Of a DNA stretch of 32,000 nt, positions 22,481 through 29,110 are shown piece after piece. The stretch is from Candidatus Methylomirabilis limnetica (GTDB taxonomy: Bacteria; Methylomirabilota; Methylomirabilia; Methylomirabilales; Methylomirabilaceae): positions 342,092-374,091 of the forward strand of contig NZ_NVQC01000022.1 of the NCBI RefSeq assembly GCF_003044035.1, given 5' to 3'. Under the pieces are notes generated by a model. It was not told the DNA's origin and searched no databases. It saw only the letters and a program-made list of their open reading frames with translations. Position numbers and translations under genes: made by a program. Position 1 is the stretch's first letter. Each line of letters starts with the position of its first letter.

Positions 22481-22918
22481 CTATTCCCCTATCTCGTGGG
22501 GTAGGACCCGGAACCCTTCGCCTTGTGCGGCATCCCGCAGCCGGTGATCAAGACACACAAATTCGCGCCCCTCCGGACGACCCTGAACCCATACAAGCGC
22601 CGAGCCTCACTGAAGAGAGTCCACTGCATGGAGCGGATGAAGCAGGAGCGCCCGCATGGCCTGCTCCCGGACTGCCTGGCTCGGCGCGATCTCTGTCCAG
22701 TCGGCGGCAAGCGCCATGAGGATCGTGCGCGCCTGCGCTTCTGACCGTCTGGACAGGATGCCCTCGCGTCTGAGCCTGGCTAAGGCGGAGCAACACTCGA
22801 TCGGCGTGCCCCACCATGCGGCAATAGCACCATCCTCCTCGGTAAGCCGCATCAGTAAGGGGGTTTGGGGCTCTTCGAGACAGAGTGGGATGATGGCAGA
22901 GGTATCCCAGAACCTCAT
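22481..22918 (-). pseudogene. vapC: vapC (PIN toxin) interrupted by an in-frame TGA at codon 104
   Basis: The ORF stops at 22607-22609 after ...LLHPLHAVDSLQ. The same frame then continues for 41 codons, GSALVWVQGRPEGREFVCLDHRLRDAAQGEGFRVLPHEIGE, to TAG at 22481-22483. That segment is the normal PIN C-terminus and includes the last conserved Asp. Confidence 0.7.
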
Positions 22919-23217
22919 CGCCCCTCTGCCCGTTCTTCCAAGACCGCAGTGATCCCGGCGCCTTGAGGATCAGCGGGGCGCGGCATGTCCCGGAACCCGT
23001 CCGGCAGGTGGAGCGAGCCGATGCGAATGAGCCCGGCGCGGACCATCTCGATCAGGTGGGACGGCAGAAGAGAGTGGTCAGGAGAAAAAGGGATGAGTTT
23101 AGCGATCGGCTTGCCCCGCTCCGTCACAATAATCTCTTCCCCCGCCTTCACCTGGGCGAGGCATGCGCTGAGCGTCGCCTTGAGCTTCGAGACGGCTGTG
23201 CTTTTCGTAATGGACAT
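22915..23217 (-). CDS. Phd/YefM-type antitoxin
   Basis: MSITKSTAVSKLKATLSACLAQVKAGEEIIVTERGKPIAKLIP. Its stop overlaps the vapC start in ATGA (22915-22918). Confidence 0.8.
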   Translation of the reverse strand: MSITKSTAVSKLKATLSACLAQVKAGEEIIVTERGKPIAKLIPFSPDHSLLPSHLIEMVRAGLIRIGSLHLPDGFRDMPRPADPQGAGITAVLEERAEGR

Positions 23218-23239
23218 CCATAGTCACATGTATGCGACT

Positions 23240-23267
23240 GATATAGTCCAATCTTTGACAGAGTCAA
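23240..23267 (-). promoter_or_regulatory. Promoter of the phd-vapC(TGA) operon
   Basis: Minus strand reads TTGACT (23267-23262), 16 nt, then TATATC (23245-23240). A near-palindrome AGTCaCATgtATGcGACT lies between the -10 and the start codon. Confidence 0.5.
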
Positions 23268-23461
23268 GTCCTCCACTTCCCCTCCTGGTTTTTCCAGGTT
23301 TTCCGTGGGCACCCTGACCTTCCAGCATCCCCTCCCCCCACCGAGAGGGAGGGCGCGGGTGGGGGGGTCGTCATTGCCATGCACGATGTCAGCGGATGTC
23401 AAGCACACGCCCATACAGCCCAAGAGCAGCCAGAGGTAACGCTCCGAAACCCTCTGTCACT

Positions 23462-23727
23462 ATATCTCGATCGCACCCTTTTGACCCATGAGCTGGCTCA
23501 CTATTTCACGTTCCACTATGAGCCTGTCCTGCAAACCCTCATGGACCCTTCGACAAGCTCAGGGTGAACGGAATGGGCATTGAAAACATTGACCTTTTTC
23601 CGTTCGTGCTGAGCCTGTCGAAGCATGAACAGGGGTTTGCTGGACAGGCTCCTATCTGCCTGCTCCCCGATCCCAGTGGGAAGTCATCGCCGATAAGGTC
23701 GTCGATGCTGAAGAGTCTGCAAGTTGA
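23462..23727 (+). pseudogene. HExxH lipoprotein paralog 4: 3' fragment split by a MITE
   Basis: LDRTLLTHELAHYFTFHY is followed by a 132-bp insertion, then LPAPRSQWEVIADKVVDAEES. No 5' half, SD or start codon is present. Confidence 0.75.
23520..23651. mobile_element. MITE (132 bp) inserted in the lipoprotein gene fragment
   Basis: 19-bp TIRs with one mismatch: GAGCCTGTCCtGCAAACCC and GGGTTTGCtGGACAGGCTC. Flanking CTAT duplication at 23516-23519 and 23652-23655. Intact paralogs read ...CACTATCT... at this site, with a single CTAT. Confidence 0.75.
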
Positions 23728-23979
23728 GAACGAGAAAAGCTCGGACAAGTTCTTCTGAGATGTCTCGAGTGATCGTGGCGAGATGACGCTCCAGGTTTGT
23801 GCAAACAGCAAGTTATAAGTCTGATTTACACAACTTGGGCGTGGCATGGTACAGACTAAACAATGCGGGGCAGAGCCTGCTATTCCGGCGGGTGGCGTCT
23901 TGACTCACTCAACTCGTAGGATGATCACAAGTCCTTTATTACGGGGAGCACGACACCGGGCTATAATATCGCGACCGTT

Positions 23980-24399
23980 TTATTGATGAACGATCGTAAC
24001 ACCCGCCGCTTCCGCCGCCGTGATGAGACGGCGGTCCAGGGTTGCAAGGGCCAGACCCCTCCGCTCAGCCAGTTCCAGGTAAGCAGCATCATAGGCAGAC
24101 AAGGTGAACCCTTCCGCGAGGCGAGCGAAGCGCCATACCGCATCCGGGTTCAGGTGTACATCGGTCCGAATGGGGAGCATGCCGTAGAGTTCAGCTAAGC
24201 GCATAGCATCAGCCTCAGACAACCTATGTCGGCGTTGCGCAACAGTGACGGCGTTGGCGAGTTCATACCACCACAACGCGGGGACCCACAGAACAGTCTC
24301 CGGAGTAAGCTGGGCGAAGAATCGATCGGCCCGTCTTGACGTCTCATCAGGAAGCCCCCAGGCCAGCGCCATGGAACAGTCGAGTACCGAGTCCATCAA
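23980..24399 (-). CDS. vapC: PIN-domain toxin VapC
   Basis: VLDCSMALAW, WWYELANAV, SAYDAAYLELA, LATLDRRL. Confidence 0.85.
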   Translation of the reverse strand: MMDSVLDCSMALAWGLPDETSRRADRFFAQLTPETVLWVPALWWYELANAVTVAQRRHRLSEADAMRLAELYGMLPIRTDVHLNPDAVWRFARLAEGFTLSAYDAAYLELAERRGLALATLDRRLITAAEAAGVTIVHQ

Positions 24400-24650
24400 G
24401 CGCGGCGGCCCTCCTCGATCAACTCACGAACCTTCAGTACGCCAGGGACCCGCTGACGGATCTCACGGAAGGAGGTCAAGAGCTTGGGCAGATCCAGCAA
24501 CTCCTCCTCTCTCGTGGGAGGAACTAAATGTGCTACCACCTTCCCACGCCGTCGGATGACAAAAGATCTTCCGCGTTCCGTCTCGCGCAGCAACTCGGAA
24601 AGATGGGTTTTTGCCTGAAACGCGCTAACCTCAGTGACCTCACTCGCCAT
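24396..24650 (-). CDS. Phd/YefM-type antitoxin
   Basis: MASEVTEVSAFQAKTHLSELLRETERGRSFVIRRRGKVVAHLVP. ATG 24650 is preceded by GAGGAGG with a 6-nt gap. The ORF-track start at 24668 provides that SD, so it is probably not the start. ATGA overlap with vapC. Confidence 0.8.
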   Translation of the reverse strand: MASEVTEVSAFQAKTHLSELLRETERGRSFVIRRRGKVVAHLVPPTREEELLDLPKLLTSFREIRQRVPGVLKVRELIEEGRRA

Positions 24651-24672
24651 AGAGCACCTCCTCGCCATCTAT

Positions 24673-24708
24673 TTAAACTAGTTTAATCAACTAGTAGGAT
24701 AATCGCAA
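24673..24708 (-). promoter_or_regulatory. Promoter and operator of the phd-vapC operon
   Basis: Minus strand reads TTGCGA (24708-24703), 17 nt, then TAAACT (24685-24680). A perfect 14-bp palindrome TTAAACTAGTTTAA (24673-24686) covers the -10. Confidence 0.5.
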
Positions 24709-24775
24709 GCCTTTTATTTGGCTACACTGAACCACTGCAAAGCTGTGCCCCCTCATCCGCGTCCAAAGTGTCTTA

Positions 24776-25143
24776 GTAACTACTCAGGTAGATAGGCTGA
24801 AGGCTGAAGGCTTTTAGGGGTAAGTCATGCGTGATCATACAAAACTCCGAAAAGGTCTTGAATCTACTGGGGGTTCATTCCCCGCAGCGTGCCGCGAGTG
24901 CGTCATACCGGTGAAAGCCGGTATCCAGAGGGCCAGACTGGATTCCCCCGTATCAAGTACGGGGCATGCGTGTCAAGCACCTGTCTGCGTGCGGAGACGC
25001 ACAGGCAGGCGGAATGACGGGCCAGAACAGGAGACGATACCCAGCAGCTTGCTGCGGGGTAGTTCATTGGCTCGATTCGCGCCTTGCGAGATAATTTAGA
25101 ACCTTCAGTCTTCAGCCTTCAGTCTAAACACCTGAGTAGTTAC
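24776..25143. mobile_element. Composite MITE: outer element with 14-bp TIRs carrying a nested MITE (24871-25067)
   Basis: Outer TIRs GTAACTACTCAGGT (24776-24789) and ACCTGAGTAGTTAC (25130-25143), with subterminal (CTGAAGG)n repeats. The 8-bp flanks are GTGTCTTA (24768-24775) and GTGTCCTA (25144-25151). The inner element is the inverted homolog of 17031-17197. Confidence 0.65.
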
Positions 25144-25326
25144 GTGTCCTATTACGGGGAGCATAAAATAGATTGCACTATCGCACAACATCTCCAGCAA
25201 CTTCCCCCTTTGCTAAATGCTACATGGAACATCTACGATCGCTGTGTCCTATGGCATCGTGGGTTCCCCCATTGTCTGACCTGATCCAGGTCGTCGCGTT
25301 ACTATCGTCTACAACGGGAGGAAGAC

Positions 25327-25602
25327 ATGACTAAGACCGAACTCGCAGAACAGATGGCCCAGGATACCGGTATCAGCAAGGCCATCGCTGAAACCGCACT
25401 TCGTAGCTGTATCGACCGCATCACCAACAGCTTAAAGAATGGGCAGGAGGTGGCAATCGTGGGATTCGGGACCTTCAGCGTGGCGAGTCGAGCTGCCCGG
25501 ACCGGTCGCAATCCGCAAACCGGAGAGCCGATCACGATCAAGGCGTCTCGGGTGCCACGCTTCAAGCCGGGGAAGACCCTGAAGGATGCGGTGAACAGCT
25601 AA
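25327..25602 (+). CDS. hup: HU-family DNA-binding protein
   Basis: MTKTELAEQMAQDTGISKAIAETAL...VAIVGFGTFSVASRAARTGRNPQTGEPITIKASRVPRFKPGKTLKDAVN. GGGAGGAAG SD. Confidence 0.9.
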   Translation: MTKTELAEQMAQDTGISKAIAETALRSCIDRITNSLKNGQEVAIVGFGTFSVASRAARTGRNPQTGEPITIKASRVPRFKPGKTLKDAVNS

Positions 25603-25685
25603 AGGGCATCCCGGGAGCGTTTCGGGAAGTGGCGATCCGTCCGGCCAGCCTGCTCGCCTCCTCTTGAGTTGTGAGGCTTCACAAG

Positions 25686-26060
25686 TTAGGGTTCTTCGTC
25701 CAGTCCCAGGAGATCGAGAAACTCCAAATGACGAAGGACCTTCTCGGCCACCTCGCGACGCAGCTGGCGGTCCGTTAAGCGGCCACAGAGGCGGTGGATG
25801 CGATGGGCGGCGATCGTTCGGATCTGGTGCGGCAGGAGAATCGAATCCAGAGGGTTTCCAGCAGCTCCCGCCGGAAGGAACACCTCAAAAGGGTGCGGCT
25901 GGCGATCCGGCTTGAGCGAGGTGACAGGAAGGACGGTCAGAAGACCAGAGGCACTGTTGAAGGCCTCATTGCTGATCACAAGTACCGGTCGGAGGAAGCC
26001 CTGCTCATGACCGAGGGGGTGCCCCAGGTCCGCTTCCAGCACGGCCCATCGTCGCCGCAT
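25686..26060 (-). CDS. mazF: MazF/PemK-family toxin (endoribonuclease)
   Basis: MRRRWAVLEADLGHPLGHEQGFLRPVLVISNEAFN...LTVLPVTS...DSILLPHQIRTIAAHRI. ATG 26060 lies 5 nt after the antitoxin stop. The longer ORF-track N-terminus overlaps the antitoxin and is unlikely. Confidence 0.8.
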   Translation of the reverse strand: MRRRWAVLEADLGHPLGHEQGFLRPVLVISNEAFNSASGLLTVLPVTSLKPDRQPHPFEVFLPAGAAGNPLDSILLPHQIRTIAAHRIHRLCGRLTDRQLRREVAEKVLRHLEFLDLLGLDEEP

Positions 26061-26065
26061 CGCGG

Positions 26066-26350
26066 TTACACGATCTGTGCGGCGGTCTCGGCATCCGCCC
26101 GGGCGAAGTCCTCGGCGATCGCATCCTGCTCGGTTCGATAGCAAGGATCACTAAAGGCCGCCTGATACTGTCTGAAGGCCTCGGCTTCACGCTGATGTTG
26201 CTGATGGCGCCGGCGAGCCTGCTCCACGAGTCGTTCGATGAGTGCAGCCTTGCTCGGAGCTACACCGTCTTTGACAAGTTCATCGATGCTCTCAACAGTT
26301 GGCTGGTGAAGACGAAAGGTCATTCGTTTGGCGATAATAGGCATATTCAT
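26066..26350 (-). CDS. Ribbon-helix-helix (CopG/MazE-like) antitoxin
   Basis: RMTFRLHQPTVESIDELVKDGVAPSKAALIERLVEQ is an RHH fold signature. AGGAGGGC SD. Sits upstream of mazF. Confidence 0.7.
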   Translation of the reverse strand: MNMPIIAKRMTFRLHQPTVESIDELVKDGVAPSKAALIERLVEQARRRHQQHQREAEAFRQYQAAFSDPCYRTEQDAIAEDFARADAETAAQIV

Positions 26351-26364
26351 GCCCTCCTGCTACC

Positions 26365-26392
26365 AATATAGCACGCTATGAAGGCGTGTCAA
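26365..26392 (-). promoter_or_regulatory. Promoter of the RHH-mazF operon
   Basis: Minus strand reads TTGACA (26392-26387), 16 nt, then TATATT (26370-26365). Confidence 0.55.
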
Positions 26393-26811
26393 GAGTGAAC
26401 GTCATCCCAAAAACAGAGATAGCCATTGCTGAGATACCGCTGTACGCCAATCACCGCCATTTTATGACCCTGTAACCGGTATGCTCAGCCTGGGATGAGG
26501 ATCATGGCTGAGGTTCGCCCGCTCTTCCGGCCTCCTGCGGTCCGCATGCCCTGCTCTGAGGCAGACGCCTCCCATTACGTCATGCGCTGCCCCTCCTCTC
26601 GCTCCCTGGGAGCGTCAGGTCGCCCCCGTCATCGCCCAGCACCGGTGACGGACGCCACGCAAGAGAGCGAGCCGCTCAGCCTCGACCACGAGCCTCAGCA
26701 CCACCTGCCCGAGGCCGTGGAAGCCGGTCTGCCCTGTCTCAGAGTCAGCCAGTCACCCACCGTGTCAGCCTAAAGGCCGAGGCTTTACGCGTCGGAGGGG
26801 TAAGTTTTACA

Positions 26812-27030
26812 AACTGAGCGATGCAGTTCCTTCTCGTGCTTCGACGCATCAGCCAATCCCTCACCCCTCTTCAGTCCAGCCTTCTTCTCGCAACTCGTTG
26901 AGACGAAAGCCTCCGTCACCATCCCCAGTCGGACGACCGGCCCCCTGACATCCATGGTACAGCAATTGCGTAGCTTTCCACCGGCGCACCTCACACCTGC
27001 GTGATGAGCAACGATCGATGACATCTCTCC
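26812..27030. repeat. Conserved non-coding module X, copy B (5'-truncated)
   Basis: Aligns to 28486-28690 and to 21200-21380. Confidence 0.7.
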
Positions 27031-27045
27031 CCCCCCCCATCCCTA

Positions 27046-27137
27046 CCTTCCCCCACCAGGGGGGAAGGAGTGTCAGTTCTCCTCCCCCCATCGTGGGGGA
27101 GGGTGTGTAAGCTCTCCTCCCCCCGTCGCGGGGGAGG
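27046..27137. repeat. Cluster of three GC hairpin repeats (CCTCCCCC-n5/6-GGGGGAGG type)
   Basis: CCTTCCCCC-acca-GGGGGAAGG, CCTCCCCC-catcgt-GGGGGAGG, CCTCCCCCC-gtcgc-GGGGGAGG. The same units occur at 28691-28752, and a related one at about 23327-23370. Confidence 0.6.
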
Positions 27138-27193
27138 ATGAAGGTGGGGGGGATGTTCCGAGCACCGTCACCTTCTAGAAAGGAGCGGTCGTC

Positions 27194-27515
27194 ATCGTCG
27201 CATCCCGCAGGTCACGATCTCTGGTCGCTCTTCACCTGATTCCGCTCCCCGTTCTGCTCCAGGGGTGCCTCGGTAGCGTTCAGTATCTGGCCAGCCCAGG
27301 GGTTCGGACGGGGCTCCACGCCGACATCCTCAACTTCAGCAACCGCGAGATCGCCCCCGAGAAGGTGGACCCAGACCCTGATCCCATATTTCGATCGCAC
27401 CCTTTTGACCCATGAGCTGGCGCACTATTTCACGTTCCACTATCTGTCTGCTCCCCGATCCCAGTGGGAAGCCATAGCGGATAGGGTCGTGGATGCTGAA
27501 GGGTCTGGGCATTGA
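27194..27515 (+). pseudogene. HExxH lipoprotein paralog 3: ATG replaced by ATC, ~200-nt internal deletion causing a frameshift
   Basis: GGAGCGGTCGTC-ATC stands where paralog 2 has GGAGCGATTGTC-ATG. The lipobox LLQGC is retained. Homology jumps at 27370/27371 from ...EKVD to the ...PDPIF region, out of frame. The downstream THELAHYFTFHY-coding sequence is present but not in frame. Confidence 0.75.
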
Positions 27516-27705
27516 TGCAAGCCACTGAAAACCTCTGCGGGATGGAACGGTGGGAGGGTGGCCGAAGATCAGGTGGGCGGCTTTCGAATCAATGACAACG
27601 CGCAAGCGTTCGGGCTGTTCGCTCTGGTATGCAGTTCTCTCGGGTGTGTGCAGGCGAACTCAGGGCATAAGGATCGTGGTGCGTCACGTAAAGATTACGG
27701 TATGA

Positions 27706-27954
27706 CTATCTGTAGATTTCTCGCCGGTGCCCAATGCGGAGGATGAACACCTCGTCCTCGGCGATGTCGTACCGTATGCGATAGGGACCAACTCGCAGGC
27801 GCCATTGGCCGACATGAACTTCCCGGAGCTTCTGGCCCCGGTAGGGATTCTCTTTCAGCGCCTCAATGGCTTCCAATATGCGGCGATGCATTGAAGCATC
27901 GAGCCGGGCGAGGACCTTTCGGACCTCAGGGTGGTAGCGGATCTCGTAGGGCAT
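27706..27954 (-). CDS. RelE/ParE-family toxin
   Basis: MPYEIRYHPEVRKVLARLDASMHRRILEAIEALKENPYRGQKLR...WRLRVGPYRIRYDIAEDEVFILRIGHRREIY. Confidence 0.85.
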   Translation of the reverse strand: MPYEIRYHPEVRKVLARLDASMHRRILEAIEALKENPYRGQKLREVHVGQWRLRVGPYRIRYDIAEDEVFILRIGHRREIYR

Positions 27955-27958
27955 CAGC

Positions 27959-28297
27959 CTAACGGACTACCTTGGCAGCTTGTGGTCTAGCCTTCGCTTC
28001 CTTATTGATAAGGTCCCGCCACATGTCTTCGTCGCGAATATACCGTCCGGCCTCGATCTCTTTTCTGGCCTGCTTGAGGCTCTTCTGGTATTCAGAATCA
28101 AGCTGCTCAAGAGCGGTCTGCGCAAGATCGTCGAGGTCTTCATAATCCTGGATGCTGAGGAGCACGGCTGTCGGGATTCCCGCTTTCTTGATCACGAAGC
28201 GATCACGTTGATTGGCGACGCGACTCAGGATTTCTCCGAGGTGCTGGCGTACCGCTAGCGCCGATATTTCTTTTAAAGCGGTCAGTGTTTTTGCCAT
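27959..28297 (-). CDS. Phd/YefM-type antitoxin
   Basis: LTALKEISALAVRQHLGEILSRVANQRDRFVIKKAGIPTAVLLSIQDYEDL. TAGGAGGA SD. Ends 4 nt before the toxin start. Confidence 0.8.
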   Translation of the reverse strand: MAKTLTALKEISALAVRQHLGEILSRVANQRDRFVIKKAGIPTAVLLSIQDYEDLDDLAQTALEQLDSEYQKSLKQARKEIEAGRYIRDEDMWRDLINKEAKARPQAAKVVR

Positions 28298-28332
28298 ACG
28301 TCCTCCTATGTGTTTAATGGTGATATAGTACT

Positions 28333-28360
28333 ATGCTAGCATGTAGGACACCGATGTCAA
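28333..28360 (-). promoter_or_regulatory. Promoter and operator of the phd-relE/parE operon
   Basis: Minus strand reads TTGACA (28360-28355), 16 nt, then TAGCAT (28338-28333). Palindromes ATGCTAGCAT and TAGTACTA overlap or follow the -10. Confidence 0.5.
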
Positions 28361-28765
28361 GGGAACAACCGTATCCCTCAGCACGCCCTTCTGATCGTAG
28401 AGACGCGGAACGCCTTCAATGGGCCCCCTTCCGACAACGTCCTGAAAGCATAACTGGCGCGCGGACGACGAGTAATTTGTTCGCTCGGGCGATGTAGTTC
28501 CTTCTCGTGCTTCGGCGCATCAGCCGATCCCTCAGTCCTGTTCAGTCCAGCCTTCTTCTCACAACTCGTTGATACGAAAGCCTCTGTCGCCATCCCCAGT
28601 CGGACGACCGCCCCCCGACATCCCTGGTACAGCGCTTGCGTAAGCTTCCACCGGTACGCCTGACACAACTACGCGATGAGCAACGATCAATGACATCTCT
28701 CCTTCCCCCACAAGGGGGGAAGGAGTTTAAGTTCTCCTCCCCCCATCGTGGGGGAGACACCCATT
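28360..28765. repeat. Conserved non-coding module X, copy C (plus GC hairpin repeats 28691-28752)
   Basis: Full-length homolog of 21083-21424. Carries an 11-nt insertion near its 5' end and the hairpin repeat block before the terminator. Confidence 0.7.
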
Positions 28766-28788
28766 GTCACTTCTGTGACATTTTTTTT
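28766..28788 (+). terminator. Candidate intrinsic terminator at the 3' end of module X (plus strand)
   Basis: GTCAC-ttct-GTGAC followed by A plus T8 (28781-28788). Copy A keeps the T7 run (21407-21413) but has a degenerate stem. Confidence 0.45.
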
Positions 28789-28926
28789 CACCTCAAGTCT
28801 GCCCGCTTTTCCTTGAGGAGGCATCAGGTCGTCCAGTCAGTCTGCAGCTATCGGCGGTGATTTTCTAACTTATTGAAAACACAGGGCACACAAATGAGTT
28901 CGCCAAATGTGTCTTCGAGTACTTGC

Positions 28927-28942
28927 TGGCATGAATCTCGCA
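28927..28942 (+). promoter_or_regulatory. Candidate sigma54 (RpoN) -24/-12 promoter, second copy
   Basis: TGGCATGAATCTCGCA, identical to 21558-21573. The flanking sequence is conserved. Confidence 0.55.
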
Positions 28943-28963
28943 CTATGTCAGTGGCGTAGAAGG

Positions 28964-29057
28964 TTCCTTTCCGATAAAGGCAAACCAGTCGTAAGGCTGG
29001 GACGCAACGCCGCGGATCCCAAATGGGTTGGGACAGCCGGGCTACCGAAGAAAGGAA
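28964..29057 (+). promoter_or_regulatory. c-di-GMP-I (GEMM-I) riboswitch aptamer, second copy
   Basis: UUCCUUUC...AAAGGCAAACC-AGUC-GUAA-GGCU-GGGACGCAACGCC...AUCCC-aaauggguu-GGGAC-AGCCGGGCUACCGAAG-GAAAGGAA. The GNRA loop changes GUGA to GUAA relative to copy 1. Confidence 0.8.
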
Positions 29058-29110
29058 GAGCGACACCCGCTCTTTCACGGAAAGCAATCTTCCTGAGAGG
29101 AGCGGTTGTC

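Noticed and set aside
26495-26773. 92-aa plus-strand ORF in the 440-nt gap between mazE and module X copy B
   Set aside because: Pro/Arg/Ser-rich low-complexity translation with no SD and no recognisable family. The region remains unexplained non-coding DNA.
27046-27137. CRISPR-like array (also 28691-28752)
   Set aside because: The units are self-complementary GC hairpins of variable sequence with irregular, very short spacing. There are no unique spacers and no cas genes.
21083-28690. Module X copies as template/variable repeats of a diversity-generating retroelement
   Set aside because: No reverse transcriptase is present in the window. The differences between copies involve all bases plus indels, not adenine-specific changes, and the copies are not at the 3' end of a target gene.
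20344-29110. Chromosomal integron / gene-cassette array
   Set aside because: TA-rich and repetitive, but I found no intI-like gene and no attC-type imperfect palindromes with RYYYAAC/GTTRRRY ends at cassette borders. The repeated unit is about 1 kb of promoter, riboswitch and gene rather than a recombination site.
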